This document shows positions 10,301 through 18,476 of a DNA stretch of 48,829 nucleotides, in pieces; the stretch's first letter is position 1; each line of letters starts with the position of its first letter. The position numbers and the translations under genes are program-made. The notes below the pieces were generated by a model. The model was not told where the DNA came from, searched no databases, and worked only from the letters and a program-made list of their open reading frames with translations. This DNA comes from Rhizaria sp. SCN 62-66 (Eukaryota): positions 1 to 48,829 of the forward strand of contig MEDY01000218.1 in the NCBI GenBank assembly GCA_001724265.1, written 5' to 3'.

Positions 10301-13256
10301 AGGGGTCCGTGATGGCGCCGGCGGGGATCGTGACGTAGTACCACGAGTCGCCGAGCAGCGGCGCCGGCGGGTGCAGGGTGACCGTGGCCGTGAGCGCGCC
10401 GGAGACCTGGGCCGTGTTGGTCACGTCAAGCGAGTACACAAGCTCGTTCGTGGCGTACAAGTAGATGCTGATGAGGCCGGAGCCCATGATCACCGTCTCG
10501 TTGAACGTCACCGCGGGCTGCACCGTGACCGCGGCGCCGGTGCTTAGATGCGGCGGCGAGAGCGCCGTCACGACGGGCGGGTACCAGTCGCCGGTGGTCC
10601 AGGTCCAGCCCGTCGAGGTGGTGAAGCCGGGGAAGTAGTTCGGCCCCACGGCCGTGGCCAGGTCGGCGATCGCGGTGGGCGAGATGAGGCAGTACACCAG
10701 CGTGTTGATCGGCAGCGGCGTCGCCGTCATGGCAACCGTGAGCGAGTACGTGCCCGAACCCGTGATCGCGGGCGAGGACATGACGAAGGACCGCAGCGCC
10801 GTGTTGTCGCTTGCGCGGTAGATGGTCAGCGTGCCCGCCGCGAAGGTCTGCACCGGCTCGTTGAAGGTGAGCACGAGCGACGCGTTGGGGTACGCACCCA
10901 GCGAGGCGTTGACTGGGATCAGACTCACAATCACGGGCGGCAGCGTGTCGATCGTGGAGAAGTTCCAGTGTTTGAAGTCCTGGTACCCCGCGAACGGGTT
11001 GGCGTTGGTCGTGGTGTCCTTGAGCGCGCCCTGCGTGATGAGTACGGCGACGATCGTGTCGGTCGGCAGCGCCGTGGGCGGCGTGAAGGTCACCGTGGCG
11101 GCCGCGGCGTCGGTCGTCACCACCGAGGTGTTGGTGATGGCAAAGCTGTAGAGCAGTTGCGATAAAGTGGCGTCGGCGCGCCACGACTCGTAGACCAGCG
11201 GCAAACCCCAGATGTTGACCTGGCCGCCCGCGGCCGCGACCACGGGCTTGTCGAAGGTCATGACCAGCAGGCTCGCGACGGGCACCTCGCGCTGCAGCAG
11301 CGCGGGGGCCAGGGAGAGCACTACGGGCGCCGCGTAATCGCTCGTGGTGAAGGTCCAGGTGACGCCCGAACCTAGGCCGACGCCGATGAAGGCGTTGCCT
11401 GCCAGGTCGTAGAAGGTCGGCGAGGGAATCTCCACGAAGACCTTCGTCAGCGACGGTAGCGTGTCGTGGGGTACAGTGATTGTGGTCGTCCCGTTGCCCG
11501 TGATGGCCGCGAGGGAGGTGTTGGTGGTGGACAGCAGCGTCGAGTCGTTGCTGCGGCGGATCGTGATGAGGCGGCTCAGCGTCACCACCACGGGCTCGTT
11601 GAAGGTGAGCCCCAGCGCCGCGGCGGGGTCCACGTTTACGGCGTTGAACGCGGGGACGTAGACGACAACTTGCGGCGGCGTGAAGTCGCCCGTGGTGAAG
11701 GACCAGTCGCTCTTGCTCAGCAGCCCGGGGAAGACGTTGCCGGAGACGTCGATGATGGACGCAGAAGGCAGCAGCACGTACACCTGGGTCGAGTCCGGTA
11801 GCAGTCCAGGCGGGGTGATGCGCAGGATAGCCGTGTTCCAGCCCTGGACCGAGGACGTCGACACCGGGATGGTCTGCAGGATCGCGTCGGTGGCGTAATT
11901 TCGGATGGTGATGCTGCCAGGGCTGCTCGCGCGCAGCACGGGCTCGTCGAACAGCACCACCAGGTCGCCCAGCAGCGCCACGCCCACCGCGCCGTTGGCC
12001 GGCGTCAGCGTCGAGACCTTGGGCGGCGACAGGTCCACCGTGGTGAAGGTCCACGCCGAGCCGGACGTGCCTGCGAAGAAGTTCCCGTTGGCGTCCTTGA
12101 TGGCGGTGGCGGGGATCTGGACCAGGAGCCGCGTGCCGTCGGGCATCGAGGCCGTGGGCGTGAGCTGCAGCTGCGCGGTGCCCCAGCCCTGGATGGCGGA
12201 GCTGGCGGCGTCGACGGAGAGCACGACGCTGTTGTCACTCACGCGGCGCAGCTCCAGCGCGCCCGTGCCGGCGTATACGACCTCGTTGAAGCCCAACGCG
12301 AAGACCTGCGTGAGAGGGACGTTGGTGGCCAGGTTCTGCGGCGTGCGCGAAGTCAGCAGCGGGGCCGTGTAGTCGCCCGTGGTGAAGCCCCAGGCGGGCG
12401 CCAGCGAGGGGTCGAAGGCGTTGCCGCTCATGTCGGAGATGCACAGCGCGGGGATGTCGACGAACACCTTGGTCAGGTCCGGCAGCGCGGTGGTGCAGCT
12501 AAACGTCAGCTGCGTCGTGCCCGCGCCCTGGAAGCCGGAGCCCGCGGCGCAGGCGATGCCGCACAGGATCTCGTTGTCCGAAACGCGGAGCACGCGGATC
12601 TGCGCGGTCGAGCCCGGCATGGCCCGCACGGGCTCGTTGAAGGTGGCCTTGAGCACGGCGCTGCCATCGACGTTGGTCGCGTTGTTCGCGGGGACGACCG
12701 AGACGAGCGAGGGCGAGGTGAAGTCGGCCGTCGTCCAGCGCCACGTGCTCACCGTCTGGATGCCTGCGAAGGCGAGCCCCGTGGTGCGGCCCAGAAAGCA
12801 GTCGGCGGCCACGTTGACGTAGTAGACCGTGTTTTCGGCGCGCGCGACTTGCGGCGACGCCAAGATGGTCGCCGTCCCGTTCCCGGCAACGAGGCTGCCC
12901 GCGCACGAAAACGTCTCGTACGCGGTCTGGGTCGACGCGGTGTAGATAGTGATGTTGCCGCCGCCTGAGATGACGTTGACAGACTCCGAGAAGGTCATCG
13001 TGAGCTGCTCGAGCAGCCCCACGCCCGTGATGCCAGTCACGGGCGACAGCAACAGCACCGTCGGCTGCGCGGCCGCCAGCGGGGCCAGCGCCAGCAGCAC
13101 CGTCGCGACGGCGAGCAGCAGCTGCCACAGGGGCGGCGGCAGCAGTCTGCGGCGGCCACGAGATGACAGCGGTCGCTGCCGAGAGACAAAAGCATCCTCA
13201 TAACCAGGGTCGAAGCCTGGGGCAGGCGCCACAGCGGCGAGCGCTGCTGCGGACAT
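1350..13256 (-). CDS. Giant (~3968 aa) secreted, probably GPI-anchored surface protein: 22 Big_5/SbsA Ig-like repeats, 2 He_PIG Ig domains, 2 transferrin-like lobes
   Basis: Single open frame (ORF 1350..13565; likely start ATG 13256). Hydrophobic signal LWQLLLAVATVLLALAPLAAA. Repeats of D.TPP.V....P.....V......F.E.V...D..GN.F.G....W.FTT. LPTGLTLNATTGVIAGTP (He_PIG-like). Transferrin motifs DLRGLRSCH, FFKASCAP, LCDLC, YAGEIGALRGL..CEVAFV. C-terminal SNAA plus hydrophobic tail; TAA stop. Confidence 0.88.
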   Translation of the reverse strand: MSAAALAAVAPAPGFDPGYEDAFVSRQRPLSSRGRRRLLPPPLWQLLLAVATVLLALAPLAAAQPTVLLLSPVTGITGVGLLEQLTMTFSESVNVISGGGNITIYTASTQTAYETFSCAGSLVAGNGTATILASPQVARAENTVYYVNVAADCFLGRTTGLAFAGIQTVSTWRWTTADFTSPSLVSVVPANNATNVDGSAVLKATFNEPVRAMPGSTAQIRVLRVSDNEILCGIACAAGSGFQGAGTTQLTFSCTTALPDLTKVFVDIPALCISDMSGNAFDPSLAPAWGFTTGDYTAPLLTSRTPQNLATNVPLTQVFALGFNEVVYAGTGALELRRVSDNSVVLSVDAASSAIQGWGTAQLQLTPTASMPDGTRLLVQIPATAIKDANGNFFAGTSGSAWTFTTVDLSPPKVSTLTPANGAVGVALLGDLVVLFDEPVLRASSPGSITIRNYATDAILQTIPVSTSSVQGWNTAILRITPPGLLPDSTQVYVLLPSASIIDVSGNVFPGLLSKSDWSFTTGDFTPPQVVVYVPAFNAVNVDPAAALGLTFNEPVVVTLSRLITIRRSNDSTLLSTTNTSLAAITGNGTTTITVPHDTLPSLTKVFVEIPSPTFYDLAGNAFIGVGLGSGVTWTFTTSDYAAPVVLSLAPALLQREVPVASLLVMTFDKPVVAAAGGQVNIWGLPLVYESWRADATLSQLLYSFAITNTSVVTTDAAAATVTFTPPTALPTDTIVAVLITQGALKDTTTNANPFAGYQDFKHWNFSTIDTLPPVIVSLIPVNASLGAYPNASLVLTFNEPVQTFAAGTLTIYRASDNTALRSFVMSSPAITGSGTYSLTVAMTATPLPINTLVYCLISPTAIADLATAVGPNYFPGFTTSTGWTWTTGDWYPPVVTALSPPHLSTGAAVTVQPAVTFNETVIMGSGLISIYLYATNELVYSLDVTNTAQVSGALTATVTLHPPAPLLGDSWYYVTIPAGAITDPSGNVFAGFTGNGTWRFRTADATPPTLIATDPASLSTSVPTATRLTMIFSEPVLARAANNGTGLVSVYTFANNSLLYTIEARYFAGANTSTLTVQPSVRLPSLTKVYVLVAADAFTDLAGNAFAGLSVPTAWTFTTRDDDPPVIVSASPPLNGVNVDITIRTYAITFDEPVWVGTGLIYLRRASDSSVVASVDVATVAVQGQGTQILSLPIGLSADLLQATRYYVNFGSTVFRDAANNYHPGFLTATAWTFLTVDTTPPVLVATVPAAGAVDVALLDPLVMTFSEPVVAGPSTAGTLRIVRRSDEVLVETINLATVNATGWGTATVTVPRSVALVDLTQYSVLISAGTVLDLSGNAFAGVTSVATWSFTTGDKTPPYYTALYPVPGATDVQKGSVLRITFSKVVRPRATGGLYTSIYYATGALAGTLVQRIDVASSQVTGSGTAVITLTPATALPELATLYVLVSPNAFEDSLGRPFAGITNTTEWTFTTIDTTPPLVTTFTPAVAATGVAVNATLSIAFNEVVYVHANSTGKIAIYKSDTNALVETIQTASSAVTGSGSMTVVITPSAALPSSTRLYVLVSSDSFADASGNYYVGTTTASQWYFTTIDTDPPVIIEVVPRENSTGNAVDTHLVIVFNEPVTYGTGYIKLYTYNNNTLVTQIRADSPLVTQTTYAGTHTVDINPNMLLADSTKYYVLIDADAFADMAGNWFAGIASKERWPFSTGDFTPPRVIVYLPAVGATSASTGGPATLVFDELIVLRTGGVVTVFLQATGATVNAFTVPSPSLTLATTTLTNDTLRIAHSTLLEQTKYYITVSSAALADASGNVFPGLLGATAWPFRTGDFTPPTLTSVQPTVASTTVGPLPTLLMTFSEAVVKTTDATNATGPVITVYRANDSAVIETFLVASSAVTLVGAAQSSTNSGTQLMVQMTVSLADLTKYYVLISPGAVVDLAGNAFAGVTATTTWYWTVQDNTPPVITSLTPANASTGASTTAPLVLTFDEPVYTRGGVLTIFLASSGAAVQTIQLSTATGTGSATLSVPLSGTLAEGTLFYVTVPSSAISDASNNYFAGFLSSTSWKFTTGYFTPPAVVTYVPPIGAVNIALNATLLLTFNKLVNDASGSVRVFNNATGALLAAIAVPSAAVTGSGTTEITVSNSPALWPDSAVLTVVIAAGTWQDAYGNGYLGTTSGQWYFTTVDTTPPYVITQVPASGSQAAPVSGSYFLVFSELVTVPASATGSVRFYLASDNSLADSVQCTALSPSISGQGTATLGFLLNTRLLDLTQYYVLADSGCVTDLAGNAWAGYSATTDWAFRTGDFTPPQLSVTVPANAAVQVAVNTNLTITFTEVVYSTSAVSAYYRVVRQSDGIVVRAIAAAAASGFGSTTLQITLITANYGNEPLTDSTVFCVLIDAGVVRDAVGNTFEAVTTCAAWSFTTVDLTPPQITALVPATRSTNAPQQPVLVLTFDEPVLVNTAGELTVSLVTGTGATGATLATVSLGNSSLVTGNGTKSVSVSVTTLLPELTFVRITVSAGPTVYAFADLAGNTFKGFGTGVAYAHSGWNFTVGDFTPPSALTLSPAVNATHVDIFTSLIMVFSEAVLPATDAQARAAQPSLPGSTPANSTRRFVTVYRAADNVLISRIDLTVTANVEQPAADTLDIWPPWDLPAATQVYVVVDPYAIVDLAGNFFPGLVANAWPFTTETPPSFTYAYPDYYAIADGTRMVTNAPVALPMPTAGPIRSCAITPLASTLAAGVTFDTTTGAFRGHPTVAQTLTTYTVTCRNGGGTYTQTVNITILDRPPAGFYYVLPADALALQAAAAPRATRASAPSSVSPAAVAAAADSALEVHGAGDVFGSGGFAAAASTAAAAVGAGLLSLLPASVGRMTAAFAAAETIPQATYYTGSAITALVPVVDTTGGPIREYSVLPALPTGLTLNATTGVIAGTPRRSQTAVTYTITGANTGGSVTTSLSIVVLQGEIRVGVPELTTDEQLAAYQDFFDTVAAPGSSTPSSTLRLRAVRASSTPLVALQTYAADVVWGDAFAGYLGWRLQGAVMLSVAALSQTTDYDVAAALQPASKPQSEVVAFVRAASGFTTLNQLAGFRACTGELLSAPTTAALEWGRTLSTASLRLQLAFEEAGGNAAYPTGQPADSCTSPYQAMVDGLFFRTCSPPRETGNVGRCSICPAVGRQDCSARNGYASTQGALRGLLDGVCDVAVAERTALARACQPRTGYTAPTWCANGVSWRNVVPLAEFFADAQKPAPVVPSAGFLIRTDSFGAALAAQLQIALTSFWSSGNGTYMAMLRRYEPLATGMATPDGSAAGSITSMGSANFGSNAFTGLQQAMYTHLSVGSYYTRVQTMAGVNATVACAAEGACVWGDGNTVTGNYPPTDCANTRIGTSADPIRFGVARSLLPSQALLLGQFLASTNALVTLEAAVPQTISEEASVGGASALSASFLDVYRGLTDVVAVDSGTAVLAALRLGLTVFALEGSEAYSDTVNDRASIVGAVADIDPSGFATSASAASESRAAAPATAMPAAPVAAVADAVMSLTRAQRRADAGWARYEAAAAAALAGGAKAAFTATAKLAALDDSLLSSAQDEIVHTVALYRTTDPTGVDVAGPFPTNPATTTFADLRGLRSCHASFSASASLLAMAWARSESTDTGFDVDTAPVTDASQTVVDACHSPLVAAMRGFFKASCAPPDNDRDTGLCDLCFSEAGPATFNSSFITVKSPATGPVVSVPASTTTPVLTCSRYNRYAGEIGALRGLAERACEVAFVRNTTYDNICGTGANTPYSKAGRVGDIVVAGVRPSWCDLLPAARLGTVSQLTTSSVAGRTTAPGSVFMVRPNSLTAAGRVALAATLRSLNLNPPLLALLNNNGGMQAVAPPPADLEPGSAAATQAVLQDLEDMFVGALPGFDKFLSCHARSVVEPDFTKPYCYSVPPQHCAGVSESNAAARGAAPAAGAALFAVAAALLALAGAV
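5200..13066 (-). repeat. Tandem array of 22 diverged Big_5 (SbsA-type) Ig-like domains, about 115-125 aa each
   Basis: Counted by the recurring junction W-x-F/W-T-T-x-D-x-T-P-P and the internal F.E.V and D.xGN.F.G motifs. Confidence 0.85.
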
Positions 13257-14184
13257 CGTTGGCAGTCGGTCTGTCGCCGTCACGTTGTCTGTGTCAATGT
13301 GTGTGTTTCTCTGCAGTGGGTGCAGTGTGTTGTGTGCAGTGTGCAGTGACTGGCTGCAGGGAGCGGGCAGTCGCTGGGGCAGAGCCGCGCCGACGCGGGG
13401 GGTTGCTGGAACGCAAGTGCGGGACGGGGCGTGTGTCGGAGGCGCCGCAAGGGCGGCTTCAGCGCGCGGGAGAACGGTCAGCAGGGAGGGGCGGTGCCCG
13501 AGGGATTCAAACGCGAACGGGCGCTGTGCGAAAGCGGCGCAGAGCGGGGGGCATTTGAGTGGCATGGCAACAGAAGCGGGGTGTGTGTACGTTTAATGAG
13601 CGTTAAGCGCGTTGAGGCAACGAAAAAATGGGTTATGGTAAGTATGCAGCAGGGAACGTTCAAGAATTGTCAAGTTGGGAGATCGCCACTGCACTCCAGT
13701 TTGGGTGAGGGCACGCGAGGAGTTGTATCGGCATCAGACGCAAGATTCAAAAAGAACAATTTTGATTTCAAGTAATTCGCTATGAGATCAAGTGGTTCTG
13801 GTCATTTTTCATGCAAGTGACGGTTCAGGTCCCGCGTAAGTTTGAATTTCAGTGAGAGCAAAGTTGCCTCTCGACCCACATTTTTCGGTCCTGCTGTGCT
13901 GCCTTGAACTTCTGGCTCAGAATGGGACAAAGGAACCGAGATCTATATCACTGATTTGGCACGTATCATGTTCGTCTGAGAACGTGTTGTTGTTTTTTCA
14001 GTCAAAGCTTACTATAATTTATCTTATTTGTGCATTTTATTTGCCTTAGTTAGTTGTAACACTTGTAGAGCAACCCCGGTAGTTCCCGCTTTTGACCAGA
14101 GCAAAAAGGTTTGTTCCCCTGACTCTAGCCCTCTGGGCGTCTTGATTGCACTCGTCGTTCGGTTCTGCGTCTGCGCGCGCACCG

Positions 14185-17018
14185 ATGGACTCGACCCGCG
14201 GTTCCGGCGACGGCGGCCGCGCCGCGATGGACAACTCGTTCAGCGGCGCGAGTGGCCTCGGCATGTCCGACGGCGTTGATTACGAAACGGCTGCCCGCTT
14301 CTTCGGCGGCGGCGACGACGCCGCGCCGCCTGCGGTTAGCGCTATCCCGGAGTCTGTGGCGAACCAACTTTCGTCTTTGAGCGACTTCCGCATCTCTTTC
14401 GCGCTAACGGACGTGGCGAGCGTGCTCAAGTACGTCATCAGCGAGCTCAACCTGACCAAGGCCCACATGGCCATGCTGGGCGCGCGCGCAGGCGACACGG
14501 CCGACGTGCTCGCGCGTGCCAAAGACCTTGACGTGTCCACAGCAAAGCTCTCCGACGACGTCGCCGTCTTGCGCGCGCCCGACGGCCCGCTCGCCGCGCT
14601 CGAGTCCCGCATGGAGGCCAAGGACGGCGAGATCGCTGCTCTCAAGGCTGCGCTCGCAGAGGCCACCGCGACTGCCGCTGCGGCCGCCGCGAGCGCGCAG
14701 CAAAGCGCAGAGTCGGCGAACGCTGCCACGGCGGCGCTGCAGGAACTCAGCGCGCGCCACGACGCCCTCGCGCAGCGCCAGGCCGCGCTTGAGGCCGACT
14801 CGGCCTCCGCGTCCTCCTCCTTTGCGACGCTGGCCGTGCCGCGCGGGCTCGCGTCGCCGCGGGCCTCGAACGCGTCCGTGCCGGTCAACGACGGCGACGG
14901 CGTTCCGCTCTCCCCCGCGGGCTCCTCAGTTGGCGGCTCGGGCGCGGCCTACATCCGTGCTGGGTCCGCGCGCCGCGAAGACGACCTGCAGCGACAGATC
15001 TCGAGCCAGCTGACCGCCTTTAACACCGCGCACGCTAAGCAGCAGGAGTTTAACACCAAGGCGCTCCACTCTCAGCTCGACCTTGACCGCAGGCTCGACG
15101 CGCTCTCCTCGCGCCTCGCCGCCTCCACCGCGGACCGCGCCGGCGCCCCGCGCGCGGCCGACGACGGCGAGGGCGGCCTGCTTCCCGGCCCCAGCAGCAG
15201 CAGCGGCAACACTGGCAGCGGGCTGGGCTTCTCGCGCGAGGAGGCCGAGGCATACCTGCGTGAAGCAGCCCAGGGCGCTGCGGCCGCCGCGCTGGCTGCC
15301 GCCGCGGGTCCCGGCTCCCCCACCGCTGGCGGGGCCCGTAGACACAACAAGCGCAGCAGCGCCTCTGTGCCCGCGCCGGCGGCGACCGCTGCGAGCGTGG
15401 CCGCCGTCGCCGCCGCCGCGGCCGACGCGTCTGCGCGCGACGTGATGTCGTTCGCGCAGTCGGAGTTTGCGGCCGTGAAGCGGCGCCTGCACGACGCCGA
15501 GACGCTGCTGGACGACTTGCGCGGCGCGGCGCTGGCGAGCACGCGCAAGGAGGAGCAGTGGGCGCGCGCGGAGCAGTTCCACATGCTCGTGGCTCAGATC
15601 ACGGGGCTGCTGACGAAGCAGGGCCGGCACGAGGACGAGCTGGGCGCGCTGCGGCAGCGCGTCGACGGCGAGCTCCAGCTCAGCGGGCCCCTGGACATGT
15701 CGGCGATGCGGCGCAACCTGATCGCCATCAACGCCAAGCAGCGGCAGACGGCGGACAAGGTGGACACGCTGTCTGCGCTGGTGATGACGACGCGCAAGCA
15801 GGTTGCGCAACAGGGCAGCTTTGAGACGTCGCCGCTCGTCAAGTCCCTCAACCTGCGGCTGTACGAGTTCGAGATGAAGTTCAACGAGCTCGAGGACAAG
15901 CTCACTCTGCTGGCGCACTACGTCGCCAAGCTCAAGCCCTCACTGGCGACGGCCACGGTCGCCGTTGTGCCGCAGGGCCACTCGGCCGTCGGTGCAATCG
16001 TCACCTCGGCCGCAGGCGCGGGCGCGGGCTTCGCGGCGCACCCCGGCGGCGGCGCGGGCGGTGGGACCATGATCTCCGGCCTGGCCCCGGGGTCCGCACT
16101 GGGCAAGGGCTCCATGGACGCGCGCCTGCTCGACTCGGACGACCCCGACGCCGTTGAGGGCATCCACCTCAAGCTGCTCTCGCGCTTCACCGTCCGCGGC
16201 GATGGCGCCGCCAATGGCAGCGGCAGCGCGCAGGGCGGGGCTGGCAACGCTGGCGCTGGCGCGGACGCCAACTCTGCGAGCGTGCACCGCAGTCTGACGG
16301 ACTTGGCGCGCGACATCGGCGCTCTCTCTGACCTGCAGTCGAAGCTGCATGACGCGCGCGCGCTGCTGGCGCGACTCGACGACCTGAGCTCGCTCGAGGG
16401 CCGCGTGCAGTCGCTGCTCGACCTGGACGTCCCACAGCGCCTCTCATACCTGGAGCGCAAGTTCAACACCGAGGTCTCGTTCCTCAAGGCGCACCTCGCC
16501 GCCAAGGTCGACCAGGGCAACGTGCAGATCCTGCTTGCGCGCGTCGACGCGCTCGTCAGCCGCGCGCGCCCCGCGCTGCTGCCCCAGGCGCAGCCGCATC
16601 AGGGCCAAGGACAGGGACAGACCGGCGCCGGCACAGCGCAGCGGGGTGCGGGCGCTGCGGTGCCCGACTCGATCTTCGCGGGCGCGGACGGCAGCATGGA
16701 CCCCGCGCTGTCGGCGGCCATCCAGCGCGGCCGCGCCTACGCAGTTGCGCCGCGGCCGCAGGCGGGCGCCGCGCCACGGGGCGCGCAGTCGCTCGCCCAG
16801 TCCGCCGGGCTTAACAGCACTGGCGCTGGCGCCGCGGGCGTGAGCGGCGAGGACGCGCTGGACCCGGCGATGCAGCGCCTGTTCGCACTGCTCTCGCTGA
16901 AGGCCGGCACGGACACCGTGGACAAGGTCGAGGAGTTGGCGCGCGCGTTTGACCGGCAGAACCGCGACGGGCTGCTGCGCGTCATCGCGGAGCTGCAGGA
17001 GCTGCGCCACGCCGTCAT

Positions 17019-17049
<31 letters not shown>

Positions 17050-18183
17050 GGGCAACAGGGCCAGCAGCAGCAGGGTCAGCAGCAGGGCCAGCAGCGGCCC
17101 GGGACGTCCGGCCCGGAGCAGGGCTCAAATGCGCTCACTGTGGCGGGCCCGCCCAAGGCCTCAGGCGGCTCGCCCGCGAACGGCGGCGCTGCGGCGGGCG
17201 GCGCGAGCGCGGGCCCGTCGTCGGCGATGGACTTCCTGGCGGGCCCGATCGAGCGGCTGCAGCAACAGCTCGAGTTCGTGTCGGTGACGCTGGCGGCGCA
17301 CGACGCCGCGCTCGCCAAGAAGTGCGATGTCGAGACGGTCGAGGACGTTCAGCACACGATGCTGCAGAAGGTGCTCGAGATGTGCGAGCTTAAGGACGCG
17401 CCCTCGGCCTCTGCGCGCCGCACTGCCGCTGCCGACACCGACGCGGCCGCGACCGGGCTCAGAGACGGCGTGTCGCTCGAGGTCGTGGCGCGCCTGCACA
17501 CGCACGTCGAGGACCTCTCGGCGCGGTTGCGCTCGCACAAGGAGTGGATCATGCGCAACGCGCAGGACGTGCAGTCGCTGCGCGACTGGGTGCGGTACGC
17601 GCACGACGTGCTGCAGACGCAGGCGCAGGCGCACCCGGCCATCAAGCAGCTCGAGGGCCAGCTCGCGCAACTCAAGCGCCGCGTCGGCAATAACACCAAC
17701 GGCGGCGCGGGAGGCGTTGAGCGGATGGCGACCGCGTCGAGTGGATTTTCTGCGTCGCCGCGCACGTCGCTGCAGACGCCTCTGGCCGCGGGCGGGCGCG
17801 CGGGCACAGCGGCGGGCGGCTCCACGCACCACTCGCACACGCACTCGTTCCAGCACTCTGTCAGCGTGAACCACGTCAACTTCATGGCGAACCGGCACTC
17901 GATGCTGTCGTCCAAGCCGCTCGACGGGTTCAAATGCATGAGCTGCGACCGGCCGCTGGAGACGCTGGAGAAGACGGCGCCGCCGCCGCTGCCCACGCAG
18001 CAGCTGCCACGCCACCTCACCTCCGTGGTGCCCGCGGGCGGAGTCGCCGGGGACGCCGTGCGCGTGCGCATCGCCGCATCGCACTCGCCCGAGCGCGTGA
18101 AAGACACCGAGGCGCCGGCCAAACCTGCGGGTGCGGCGGTCAAGCAGGGGTCTGCGGCCCCGTCGCGGCTCCCGCAAATCTAA
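14185..18183 (+). CDS. Large coiled-coil protein with C-terminal CxxCDRP motif (QRICH2/C16orf96/DUF4795-like, possibly flagellar)
   Basis: 1332-aa open frame from ATG 14185 with heptad-rich segments separated by Gly/Ala linkers, a polyQ tract, and MLSSKPLDGFKCMSCDRPL near the C-terminus; TAA stop. Family call is from motif resemblance only. Confidence 0.6.
17020..17094 (+). repeat. Coding CAG-rich polyglutamine tract
   Basis: caa(cag)n interrupted by Gly codons, encoding QQQQQQQQQQGQQGQQQQGQQQGQQ. Confidence 0.9.
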
Positions 18184-18476
18184 GTTGATGTCACTTTGTG
18201 TCTTTCTGGCTACAAACAAACGAAAACCAAGTGTAATTCACAATTTATGAATGACACAATCTTGCTACCTAAATTAGAACCTATATCACCACCTATAACC
18301 CCTATACTCGTATTAAAACTTGTGATAAAGAACCAGAAATAAAAATGTATTTCAACTCTACGTCTAATGTGAATTGACATGAGATGGTTGAATATCGTTG
18401 CTGTATTGATAGTGCGTCATTAATCTATGTAGCTCGGACACGCCGCAGCGTGGTCAAATTGTCTTAACCAAGTCGT

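Noticed and set aside
5200-13066. Giant Ig-repeat gene as bacterial contaminant sequence
   Set aside because: Codon style, Ala-rich inserts, AT-rich flanks, GPI-type tail and glycosylation sequons match the eukaryotic neighbours, and I saw no compositional junction.
13257-13565. 103-codon in-frame N-terminal extension of the giant ORF
   Set aside because: Lacks the coding codon bias (CA/TG-repeat-like) and would push the signal peptide far inside the protein. ATG 13256 is preferred, although the extension is not strictly excluded.
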